A stretch of 63,253 nucleotides of DNA, counting the filler, from Dicyema japonicum (Eukaryota > Animalia > Dicyemida): assembly GCA_011109175.1 (NCBI GenBank). It is 8 parts of 8 records of this genome, joined end to end, with 100 filler letters (N's around TTAATTAATTAA, not from the genome) between each part and the next. Parts side by side here need not be neighbours in the genome. Positions count along the whole stretch, not along the records: positions 49,667 to 54,798 come from RDEW01000166.1; positions 54,899 to 59,929 come from RDEW01000248.1; positions 60,030 to 63,253 come from RDEW01000047.1; 5 more parts are not named here. One strand, given 5' to 3'. Of the stretch, positions 50,462-61,800 are shown piece by piece. Numbering within the stretch: the stretch's first letter is position 1; each line of letters begins with the position of its first letter. The translations under genes and the position numbers were made by a program. The notes beneath the pieces were generated by a model. That model had not been told where the DNA came from. It did no database searches and saw only the letters and a program-made list of their open reading frames with translations.

Positions 50462-50580
50462 AAGTGATCCCAAAAATTTAATCCATGCTTTGTACTATAC
50501 TCCATCCTTGATCATACACAAGATAGTTGGGGTCGGGTTGTCTCATGATCAGACCCTTCGCATTAGTACTGGGATCACTT
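50462..50580. repeat. Short inverted repeat AAGTGATCCCA ... TGGGATCACTT (MITE-like or paired LINE ends)
   Basis: 11-bp perfect arms with imperfect A/T-rich extension, enclosing ~97 bp. Confidence 0.6.
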
Positions 50581-50816
50581 TATTTTTATTTTTTGTAAAA
50601 AAATATCATAAAATATCAGTTTATTTTAAAAATAAAAAAGGATAGTAAGTGCTCATATATTATTTGAATAACAATATTAGGGGAAAATTTTGTATTAAAT
50701 TACAGACGACTATGATACAATGAAGATATGAATAATACTCAATATAGATTAATTTCGACAATGACGTAATAAGACAATCCATTATAAATAAATATACGCA
50801 ATTTGAATAAACAGTT

Positions 50817-52214
50817 ATGTCATATCAGGAAATAAACATATCAAGTCATCATAATTTAATTTTCAGTTTATCGTGGAGAAAGTCTTATTGGGAAAAGTCC
50901 CCATAGTACGTTAAAATACTAATTTCAGGTGAAGGACAGTTTTCCTGCATAATCAAACTTGGCTTCACAAAATTTATGACGTCTTCCATAACCTCCATTC
51001 AGAATTCTGTTTTATGGAATCAAACAAACGTGTTGTAAGTTGTCTTTATAATCTCAAGTCCAGTCAAAAAGGACAAACTAAACAAAATAAAAATCAAACT
51101 TATTGACAGAGACCAGAAAGTAGCACATATTTCAGAATTCTGTTTTATGGAATCAAACAAACGTGTTGTAAGTTGTCTTTATAATCTCAAGTCCAGTCAA
51201 AAAGGACAAACTAAACAAAATAAAAATCAAACTTATTGACAGAGACCAGAAAGTAGCACATATTTCGATCGCCACAGCTCAGATTTCCTTTACGGAACCT
51301 ATAAAGTATCTATTTATGTAATATTCAGGTTCTTCTCCTACGTCCTTATTCCATACCCAAAATACCCAAACAGTGGAGGAAAGTTATTGATGAAAATATG
51401 GAAGTCAACCACCCAAAGTTACAATCTGTCTTTTAAAAGCAAAAAAACACAATCAGACAAATTCAAAATGGGAGGTTCTAAGTCCTTGTATGAATTAGTA
51501 ATGTATATTCTTATTGTAGCCAGTTCTGGTCCCCCAAGTCTTCTATATTGAGCCAAAAGTAATTAACCTTCACGAGTGCTCTGTCTTTTAAAAGCAAAAA
51601 AACACAATCAGACAAATTCAAAATGGGAGGTTCTAAGTCCTTGTATGAATTAGTAATGTATATTCTTATTGTAGCCAGTTCTGGTCCCCCAAGTCTTCTA
51701 TATTGAGCCAAAAGTAATTAACCTTCACGAATGCTGTTCAATCAATATTTGTGGGAGGAATTTAGGCATTCATCCAAACGATGTGACTAACGTTCAGTTT
51801 GGAGATAAATCTATTATGGAATATATTACCTACAAATCTTCATCTCTTCTAACAGCGATTATTCCAGAATATTCTGTGGTTTAATGGATTTGTTATTTCA
51901 AGTCTACTGGAGACGCAGAAATTATAGTTACAACAAAAAGAGGTGGTAGAGGGACATGTCTTGCCTTAATAAACGTAATTGACTCTATTGAAAGAACAGA
52001 ATTAGTAAAGAAAATGGATGATTCCGTAGATATTCCTGAGTCCATGGATGATATGAAATCAAAAATAATAGGTTTAGGTGTTATTAATAACTCAGATCTA
52101 AATTCAAAGCTAAAAGTAGAAAAACGTGCATTTTATGACCTTAAACTAAAATTTGATGAGATCTTAGACCAAATCATTCTTATGTGTCCCCAAATATTAC
52201 AAGTTATGGATTAA
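50817..52214 (+). CDS. RAB11FIP: Class I Rab11-FIP-like protein: C2 + Sec5-type IPT/TIG + FIP-RBD, ~320 aa, 7 exons
   Basis: Introns of 22, 23, 24, 23, 22 and 27 nt give one frame once two duplicated segments are removed. C2: IYRGESLIGKSPHSEGQFSCIIKLGFTKFMTS..LWNQ. IPT: ICGRNLGIHPND..EIIVTTKRGGRGT. RBD: DLKLKFDEILDQIILMCPQILQV. Confidence 0.8.
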
Positions 52215-52451
52215 AGCTTTTTATTTTTGTTTATTCAGTCCTATAAAATGATTAAATTTGATTATTATGTGGTAAGGGGCAATAAAGACCAGGGGCTATA
52301 AAAAACTATATTTGTGTCATTAAATCGATGTCTATTTTTAAATATTCTAATGACATAATAATGCTTTTTACGAATAGCCATATTAGCTTCTCCCAGGTAG
52401 GCCACGCACTATATTTTTAATATAGACATAATCATAAATAATCGATGAGGG

Positions 52452-52555
52452 AGAACCAAGGAATGATATTCATTTCTTTATGTTGGGTGTGAGTCCTTTT
52501 GTAGACGATCCGGTTACGCAGTGAAATGTTAACTGATGATGGCAATTGTCAAGCT
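52452..52555 (+). repeat. Dispersed ~110-bp repeat, copy 2
   Basis: Aligns with 9051-9160. Confidence 0.75.
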
Positions 52556-52681
52556 TTCAATTCATCAAATATATTAAACTGTAGAAATAAAATTAAAATG
52601 AGATTATCTCGAAATTATGGATTATTTTAATAAACAAGAAAATACTAAATAATAATGCCACTAATAATAATGTTAAACTAA

Positions 52682-53578
52682 TTAATATTCGGTAACTCTA
52701 TATTGTTTATTATCTCTTTGCTTCACATCCTTCACTTTCCAAATAAAAATAAGGACAATTGACTAAAATTATTAAAATAATATAACTGTTAACACTGAAA
52801 CTGATAAAAATGACATTTTAATAGTATATGAATATGAATCTACATACTTCAGTACAACAGATGCACATGTCTAACAATATTTTACATAAATACTGAATTG
52901 AATGGTTTGCCTGTCTGACAATTCTGATTTTCGCAACAGGAAGGAGTAGTAACGTTGTATATATCAGATTCATTATAACCACAACATTTGTACTAAAATT
53001 ATTAAATTAAACAACTGTTGATTGAAATTTGTCTAATTCATCGCTTAAATCTTCATTATTTACGAGTTCTTTCAATCCAATGAAAATATAGTCTGTCAAT
53101 TTACGTTCGAAGGCAAGTACATTAATTGTTATTGATAAACTTGCTACCAATAAAATCGCAAGCAAAATAAAATACTACAATTAGAAGATATTATAACCAT
53201 TATTTTAGCACATTTATTATTTGTACGGATCCAATATATCCCAACCCCTGATAAAAGTAAACAGAAGCCAGAGATGAAATAAAGCACGACTTGGAGCAGT
53301 TGTATCACAATATTTACGTTTTGAAATTCATAAAATTCTTTTAGAAAAACAAAATAATACGTAGTGGCAACCATAGTTCCAATTCCAAAAAACTTAATTT
53401 TATAATATTTTATACCATAAAAACACTAACTATTATTTAGAAAAACAAAATAATACGTAGTGGCAACCATAGTTCCAATTCCAAAAAACTTAATTTTATA
53501 ATATTTTATACCATAAAAACACTAACTATTATACTACTGGCTAAATTTACTATAAACACAGAATGCATCTACTGTCAT
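52682..53578 (-). CDS. Tetraspanin, 6 exons
   Basis: Four hydrophobic segments; large loop LDKFQST|YKCCGYN..PSCCENQNC..|TCA. Introns 23, 23, 23, 23, 24 nt. One frameshift near codon 13 and one duplicated segment. Confidence 0.88.
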
Positions 53579-53809
53579 CGCTAATAAATATTTTATTCAC
53601 TTTTTGGTTAACTCTATTAAAATATATTTTATATATTAAAATCTAAAAAATAAAAAAAATAATAGCAAACTTTACATACATCATAACAACCGAGACCAAA
53701 GTTTTCAATGTTCCTTCGACGTTAGTGAGCGAAGTTAGTTAGTGTCTTCCTTCGTGTTATATCTTTAGTGTCACCGAGGAGGGATCCTAATTTTTTTGAT
53801 CTCCCCAGT

Positions 53810-54130
53810 ACCCCTAGATCTTTTCCTCACTTCTTTTTAGCTCTGTGAATTCGGTTTTGTTTGTGTTTACTTTTAATGACCACTCAGCCATTTCATCAAG
53901 CATTTTCTCCAAAAGTGCAATTAACTCTTCTTTGTTATTCGAAATAAAGTCCACGTCATCCGCATATGCTATTATGCTCGTTCCTTCTCCGATATGAGGC
54001 TTCAAGTCTCGTAAAGCTGCCTCCAGATAAATAATAAACAAAATCGGGGATAATGGATCTCCTTGAGGGGTACAAATTGTCGTTTCAAATGTCCTCGATA
54101 AAGCTTTCCCAGTCCTGACCATCAAACTTG
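53810..54130 (-). mobile_element. RTE-clade RT fragment
   Basis: TTICTPQGDPLSPILFIIYLEAALRDL..IAYADDVDF..WSLKVNTNKTE. Confidence 0.88.
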
Positions 54131-54898
54131 TGTCCGTTCCAACTCCTATGGCTGGTTAAAAAAAAGTTTGTAATAATTTTATTAATATAAATTTAAATAA
54201 AAAATAAATTTTAAAATAAATGGAGAATGTGTCATCTCTTAATCAAGTAATCGTGTATGCTCATTTAAAGTTTAGAGATTTTCTCAAGTATTATAATAAA
54301 CAGACATTACTGTGTTTTACTCATTGTATAAGTGATATTTCCACAACGACGCTCACTAATTCTGAGGTAACTTGTAATATTTATTAAGATTGATTGTACA
54401 AACATGTGCTTTAATAAACACATTAATTGCAACCACGTGATTGCCGCTAAATATTTTGAAATTCAATCAAATTTAAAAAATAATAATTCATAAATAATTT
54501 GGTTTAATTGCTTAGATTCTTAGTACTTTGTTTTAAGGATTATATTAGTGATATCCATATTTTCTGCAATCTGTTTGGTCACGTTCTTAAAATACACACA
54601 AACACACCTTCAAATTACATAAATTGTAATGTCATCAAGATTGGTAGTGAGGTGATGACGTACTTATCCCACTAAATGTTTTAATTTCATCAATGTTAGT
54701 GTGACTTGACGTTACCATTCTTGTTTTGAGAATTGAAAAAATGATGAAGTTAGAAAGTCCACGCCACAAGAGTTTAGTGAAATTCAAAATATAAACAANN
54801 NNNNNNNNNNNNNNNNNNNNNNNNNNNNNNNNNNNNNNNNNNTTAATTAATTAANNNNNNNNNNNNNNNNNNNNNNNNNNNNNNNNNNNNNNNNNNNN

Positions 54899-55165
54899 AG
54901 TTTTGTTAACATTTACGCTGAGAAACCATTTCTCAAGCTCCGCAGGTGCATTTTCTAGCAGGTGTTGGAGTGTGGTCACATCCCGTGATACAAAATCCAC
55001 ATCATCAGCATAAGATGTGTCTTCTATGTCTCCTATATAGCATTTACGGAGGTCGCGGAGTGCAGATTCAAGGTATATGGTGAATAGTAAAGGGGAGAGG
55101 GAATCACCCTGGGGTGTCCCAATCGTTGTTTTGAAACTGCGGGAAGTTGCTCCTTCTGTCTGGTA
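54899..55165 (-). mobile_element. RTE-clade RT fragment (second, diverged)
   Basis: FKTTIGTPQGDSLSPLLFTIYLESALRDL..SYADDVDF..WFLSVNVNKT. Confidence 0.85.
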
Positions 55166-55259
55166 GGGGAATTTTTTTTAAAATTTAAGAAATTTAAAAA
55201 TTTATTTTTTCTACAAATGTTTCAATTTTTGATTCGCATTTGTTAATTTATTATTTAAT

Positions 55260-56010
55260 ATTTGTATTTTCTTGAAGTTGAGAAACTTCACAAGTATGAC
55301 TTGCTAGCAAATGAACTTTCGCTGCTCTATGAATGCCAAGTGAAGATTATTCAAGTGGTTTTGACATGGGATGGAGTTGTCTCAAGATGCTTCAAGAATT
55401 ATATGGATAAATTATCTATTGAAGAATCAACGAGGACTTACATCCAATCGGTTGTGCTGAAGAGAACGCTCGAAAGTATTCTCATTGAACATAAGCATGA
55501 AATGAGGGTATAAGATGAAGAGTACGCCTCTGCTACCTCCCAACTTGTGGGACTGGCATGCCGTGAGGACATCCCACTGGACTCTAACGGAGATATTTTG
55601 ACTGAATCTGATGTGGAAATGGGGTTATGGCACACTCTTCTTCTAAGAGAAGAAGAGGAATTACCAACAATCTGGATCAAAATACGCTTAATTAGTTAAT
55701 TTACTCGGTAAATCTTATTATCATTTAATAAATAGTCATGTANAAGCATGAAATGAGGGTATAAGATGAAGAGTACGCCTCTGCTACCTCCCAACTTGTG
55801 GGACTGGCATGCCGTGAGGACAGCCCACTGGACTCTAACGGAGATATTTTGACTGAATCTGATGTGGAGATGCGGAGTAACAGGGAGGTTATGGCACACT
55901 CTTCTTCTAAGAGAAGAAGAGGAATTACCAACAATCTGGATCAAAATACGCTTAATTAGTTAATTTACTCGGTAAATCTTATTATCATTTAATAAATAGT
56001 CATGTATTTT
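55260..56010 (+). mobile_element. R4/Dong-like (RLE) retrotransposon 3' end; part duplicated across the n at 55743
   Basis: EVEKLHKYDLLANEL..VKIIQVVLTWDGVVSRCFKNY..YIQSVVLKRTLES, then a 3' UTR. Confidence 0.7.
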
Positions 56011-56049
56011 CTAATTTAATATCTCTAATTTCAAATATATAATAAAACT

Positions 56050-57420
56050 TTTTTTTAAAACGGCAAAGTTTGTTTTGCTTAGGACTATTTAAATTTTAAG
56101 GATTTTCTACCGTTGTAATTCTTCCATTTTTTTTGCCAATCGTTTATTTTTTCCTGGGCTAACTTAGTTTTACATTCAATTTGTTATAGGTCTAATTCAT
56201 TCTGCCGTATGAATTTTTTTGATTCTTGTAATTTCTGCCTCAACGATTAAGATTTATGCTTCCATAAGTCTTCATTTGCTTCTNCTTAGGACTATTTAAA
56301 TTTTTAGGATTTTGTAACGTTTCAATTCTTCCATTTTTTTTGCCAATCGTTTATTTTTTTCTGGACTAAATTAGTTTTACATTCAATTTGTTATAGGTCT
56401 AATTTATTCTGCAGTATGAATTTCTTTGATTCTTGTAATTTCTGCCTCAACGATTAAGATTTATGCTTCCATAAGTCTTCATTTGCTTCTGTACATAATG
56501 TTCACTCAAAACCTCGCATATTAATTAATCAAACTCTCAATTCTTAGACTTTCTGAATTTTATAGTTTAAGCTGGTTGATCTCAAATTGAATTTTTCTCT
56601 TTCAGCTTTTTAAGTCAAAAGACTTGATCCTTCAATGATTTCTTATTTCTCTTTATCAATTCATCTCTTTATTTCGTTCTGATTTAAATTTAATATTTTC
56701 TAGATAACTCTTTTGTTTGAATCCCCGAATGCAACTATCTTTAATGAAAATTGTTTTTATAACGGACTTTAAAGTGTTTATCTTTGCCGGTTGAGTAGGC
56801 ACCGTTGTTTTAAAATATTTGTTATTGTAACGAATCACCCCCCACATTAAATAGACTTGATTGTTTCTTTTAGAACTTTATGATTATGTCAAAGAAATCT
56901 CATGCTCGTCAAAACTGAATTTCGCACCTTCCAANATTCTTCGGGCCCCATTCGCATTCCGGCCTTTGCATTCATATCTCCCGCAACAAAGACAAGAGAC
57001 GAGGAAGCATTGTTAGAGTATGTGATTGATAGTTCTGAGTAGAATTCCTCGAGTTCACCGGGGTTCTTGATTACTCGTCCACAGTGTGGTGCATAGACAT
57101 TTATGACGGTTAGTAGACTCTTGGACGGGCATAGTTCATTTAGTTTGACTTGTAGGACACATATTCGGTCGTTGACTCTCCAATAACGATGTAATTTTTT
57201 GAGGTAATCCACGTGTAGGGCAAATCCCATGCCGTAGTGCTTGCATTCAGTTGGGAAGAGAATCAGTCGGTAGTTGTTCCATGTCTCATCGCGTCCATTT
57301 TCGATTTTCGTCTCTTGTAGGCAGCCAATAGATATTTTGTATTTCTCGAGATCGTCACAAAGTACTTTCCTTGTCCAATCTTTCGATATTCCACGTACGT
57401 TGAACGTCATTAGCCTGAGT
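56050..57420 (-). mobile_element. RTE-clade AP-endonuclease and decayed linker
   Basis: MTFNVRG..ISIGCLQET..GMGFAL..VNDRICVLQ..VINVYAPH..FVAGDMNAKAG. Confidence 0.88.
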
Positions 57421-58299
57421 TCTCGATTGTATTTGGTTTTTTGTTAAATAATTGTCATTTAAAAAAATAAATAAAGGAATTAATTAATTAATTAATTAAG
57501 TGATTCCGACAACTCTGAAGAAGCTCCTCAAATTTTCCCGATGTTGGACTTTTGATCCAGCACAGCTATGGATTAGGCGAGAGCAGTGTTTCCCATATAT
57601 TCCTCCGGCTTGATGTATTTTCTATTTTTGCCTTTAGGGAATAGAATGATCTTTCTGTGGTAGGCACTTCAGTTTTCGAAGGGCTGCCAAACCCTTTCCA
57701 TTTTCGCGGATAAGATGATTTTTGTCGTATTATCTGGTATGAAACGTGACTGATAGTGTCAATTGGAAATGACAGCCAGAGCTCTTTTAGTCATTCCGGC
57801 ACAGGACATGTGGAAGCCACACGAACATGCCGTGCAATGGATCATCCGTTTTCTTTTGTTCATTATGTTGTATTTTTTGTAGATCTCATTTTCTTTTTGC
57901 AGTTTTCTGCATTTTCTTTTTTGATTTTCCTTTTTTTCTCTTCTTTCTCATAACAACACAACTAGAACAACAACAAAAGCCTACTTCAAAAATCTGAAAT
58001 GTTTTTAACAAGATTTGTTCTAAAATATTGTTATGTATACTAAGAAGACTCTTTGCAGACAAGTAAATATTCCATTGTCTCTTCACTTGACAAATTGTAT
58101 CTTTTGTAGACCCAATTTTATAAGATTATTAGTGTATACTAAGAAGACTCTTTGCAGACAAGTAAATATTCCATTGTCTCTTCACTTGACAAATTGTATC
58201 TTTTGTAGACCCAATTTTATAAGATTATTAGCGGAGATTATGGTTATATCAGCAACTTTACCTTGAAAAACCAATTCGTACGCCACGCGGGAGTTTTGA

Positions 58300-58335
58300 T
58301 TATTATTATTACCCCCAGGATCACTGGGTCAGATA
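58300..58335 (-). mobile_element. Extreme 3' end of the same LINE family as 29142-29494
   Basis: Reverse complement reads gacccagtgatcctgggggtaataataataat. Confidence 0.75.
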
Positions 58336-60029
58336 AAGAAGTAAAATAGTTTTGATTCGGAGTCAATTATTTTCTGAGNATGAAATGAAAGCACTGAATG
58401 ATGTGTTCCTAATTCTTCACAGAGTATTTTAAAAAGTCGATGATTTGTACCGCTACCTCGAATCAAATTCACAATCTTGACTGTTGAATCAAGTACATTT
58501 TTTAGCTCAAATGGCAGAGTTTTTGTAGCGAGTGAATATTTATGAATCCAGTATATTGGGTAAATCCATATTGGACATAAGAATCATTCCATTTGCGATT
58601 AACCACTACAATCAAATAACAAAAAAACACGTGGAATAAAATTAATTAAATATTCTAATGCGACAAATAATAAAAATTGAATAATTTTTATTCTAAAAAT
58701 ATTTCTGGGGACCACGTTAAGAAACACTGCCCTAGAGGCTTGGTTAACCGATCACTTCTTCCCTTCTAAGTCCAGTGTCACAGTGTTCACTACCAACTGA
58801 CGTTAGCTTAATAAAATCAAAGTTGTAGATCTTCGGAGAAGTTTTCCCTATCTCAAAAACACCAAAAATCTAAGTATTAATCCACGACTAATGCCTTACA
58901 TTCTCCTGCCACGTGGACCACGTGGTTGTAATAGAAAACAAGAAAATGAACGCCATCTGCCGGTTCTATCTTCAGTCAGGACAAGTAAACCTTCAGAATA
59001 ATCTACAAACGGTATATCAGGACCACCTTGAACTACATGAGCCCTCCTAGATCTCATCCCTCGAAGCCTGGAGCATCCAAAATCTTTAAAGAATCCAAAT
59101 AGAACTCTTTGAACAATTACTAGTATGCAACAAATTCACACAGTCCGACAACCCCCACTGGGAATTCACCATTCTCCACGTGTAAAATAACTTTTGGATG
59201 AGCAACCTCCAATTTTTAAACGAAACCACGGAACCAGACCATCATTTCCACTTTCTAACTCACACAAAGAACTGCAGAAAGATAATTCCGACCATAACTC
59301 ACCTGTTTCGTGAATTGGCTAAAATTCCTTAGCCACCTCCCGATAGGATCAAGTCAAACACAACACATGACCACGTCTCGACCAAAGTCATCCGAAGACT
59401 GGTTTAGAAGATCTGCTAGGTGGATCTCTCGACAGAGAAACGAGGCTGACCCTAGAACAACTACGTTCTGAGGACTTCCCCTTGGCTTCCATCACCGAAC
59501 CAATTATCATTAATTCTAAAAGAAGCTTTCTCCACCCTGAACATCGATGAACTGTGCAAACGTCCACCACTAGCATTTGGACGTCTGAGGATGACCGGGC
59601 ACCTATAAAGTAACGAGGCAGAGGTTATTTATTTATTTTATTAATTTCTGAGTTAATAACTAAATTAATAAAAATAAGTAATTTCAGATAAATTATTTTT
59701 AAAATTTAACATTTCAATGAAAAGGCGAATTTCAAATTTCCTTGGTCTTCGGAAACCAGAATTAAACATATGTTTGGTCGGTCCCCTTTCATCTGGAAAG
59801 TCATGCTTAGCCAATGTATTGCACGTAAAAATAACTTACTAATTTTAGAAAAATATTTTTTACCCTGAAACTATTCCCTCGATTAGTTCTGTAATTCACG
59901 AATTTGAACTGAAAGGGGTCAATATAAAANNNNNNNNNNNNNNNNNNNNNNNNNNNNNNNNNNNNNNNNNNNNTTAATTAATTAANNNNNNNNNNNNNNN
60001 NNNNNNNNNNNNNNNNNNNNNNNNNNNNN

Positions 60030-60720
60030 TTTTTAATTAGTAAAAAAAGGATTTCCAATTTTCGATTTTTCTACATATTTTCTCATTCCATTTTGATGGC
60101 TCATTTTTTTCACTGAAATGATCTGATATGTAGCTTGACCAGCATAAATAAGAGTAGAAATTTGATCCATAGAAATTATGGAGTTCTTTTTAACCCATTG
60201 GCTAATGACACAGTTCAAACACTCCAATATTGACATAGGAAATCTTTTTGGTTCGGGGTCTCGAGCTTTGTTCAATTTGCTCGGCAATTATCAATTGTTC
60301 CATAAATGTGCGTCGGCAGTGATCGTAAAATTTAGGATCCAGGGACGGTGAAGACATATCAGGCTTAGAATCTGGGGTAACCTTCGAATCAAGTTCATTG
60401 CGTGATAATTGTTTGAGTTCCTAGACGTATATCAGTTTTCTGAACTCAGGCATTGTTATTTCCTCTCCAAACTTAGTCTTGAACCCCTCCAAGAGAATAG
60501 CCCATCCATCTCTGGGGACACGACCCAGTCTAGAGCGCGTGCTTTCAATAACTGAGGCAGCGTTTTCGACAATCAGCTGTTGAGGAAGACATTATTGCTC
60601 GTAGCCAGGTCGTCCCTGGTGTTCAACTCACTTTTCAGGTAGTTAGCACAATTGTAAGAGTTAATCAGCTCTCTTGGCCTTCGTATATTTTCGGTAGGTT
60701 GTGTCCATTTTTCAAGATTG
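60030..60720 (-). mobile_element. LTR-retrotransposon gag-like remnant (tentative)
   Basis: LPQLLKARALDWV..FSW resembles gag L...L.g.A..W.....sW. Confidence 0.35.
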
Positions 60721-61334
60721 TCCAGAAATTAGAATAGCAAAATGATTATAACATGGCCTAATCTATTATCCAAGATAATATCAGTAATTATAACAAGATT
60801 ATCAAAAAGTATCATTTAATGCAGTTTTTACATACCATGGTTATGACCAAGCACGTGCATCCTGAGAAACTAACAACATCCTTCTCCGCTTGTTCCCTCG
60901 TGAGTAAGCTCATGCAATCCATTTAAGTCCTCACTCTCTTCTATTACCTCCAAATCTTTTCGAGTTCCGCATTCTTGACAAACGTTTGGGTGGTACACGT
61001 TCGTTAATGGAATCGGAGAGCTTGGAATGTCCTCCATGACAACGTTAGCTTATGTCTTCAGGTCTACGTCCAAAAAGCCTCCTTCGAGCTTCCGTGACTA
61101 CATTCGAGATTTGGAAAGCATCCAGCAAGTCTGAGCCATATTTAGCGAATTCGAGCGTTTCCTAATTTTTGATTGAGGTTAAGCTAAGCTTGGTCGAAAT
61201 GACCATAGGGTCCCACGTGTATGTGGAAATCGACAATTTAGGAGATTGTTAGGGAAACTCCAAATTTGTATATTTTTCACGTAAAGTGAAGGAAGAAGAT
61301 TATTATTTAATGAGCATGGCCAAACCTCGTCCGA

Positions 61335-61800
61335 ATGTCAACTACTTTGGTCAACTCCTTTTTGGCTGTGTTCTTCATTGTTGGTTAGCTCTAAATTTTT
61401 ATCCCCCAGAACTCTTCACTCGACCAGAGAACAGGTCGTTGAAGGCTCCCCAAACTTGAAGAACTACACGACGAGTGAATTATCTGACTTAAACAACATA
61501 TTTCCGTGCTATCAGGCAAACTTGCAAATCTTCGAACATGACTTGCACGTGGTTTTGACGAAATCTGGGAAAATAGGCAATTGTTGGTATCTCTACAAAC
61601 CTCAAAATGACCACAAAGACCTCCTTGTTTACGTAGGAACTCAAACGTGCGTCTTTGGGTCAGTTGGGAAAGGCATCTACATTACAAAACGGAAGACCTC
61701 AGCCTACGAGACTGTTATGGTTGACCCTAACTACTCAGAAAATTTTGGACGTAGTGGCGAGTGCTTGTTAGGACTTCTCAAGTGTGCTAACTTTACCTGA
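61335..61800 (+). CDS. Orphan ORF, possibly secreted (signal-like MSTTLVNSFLAVFFIV needs a 1-nt correction)
   Basis: 140-codon open frame at 61378-61800 preceded by an out-of-frame hydrophobic leader. Confidence 0.35.

Noticed and set aside
1623-53578. Apparent endolysosomal theme (LAMP, RagA, Rab11-FIP, tetraspanin, ferritin)
   Set aside because: Genes are scattered over 52 kb among unrelated genes and TEs; no evidence beyond coincidence.
938-58230. Many 60-260 bp near-identical tandem duplications (e.g. ~940-1172, 23220-23445, 23686-24175, 26190-26535, 27340-27890, 29729-30120, 32229-32875, 44849-45066, 48860-49380, 51001-51266, 51434-51730, 53341-53530, 55494-55990, 58033-58228)
   Set aside because: Often joined by a single n, differ by allele-like SNPs and interrupt otherwise intact genes. 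Best explained as unmerged contig or haplotype overlaps, not CRISPR-like arrays or real exon duplications.
7343-60029. TTAATTAATTAA repeated at the centre of seven N runs
   Set aside because: Synthetic six-frame-stop scaffolding linker. ORFs containing X runs are artefacts.
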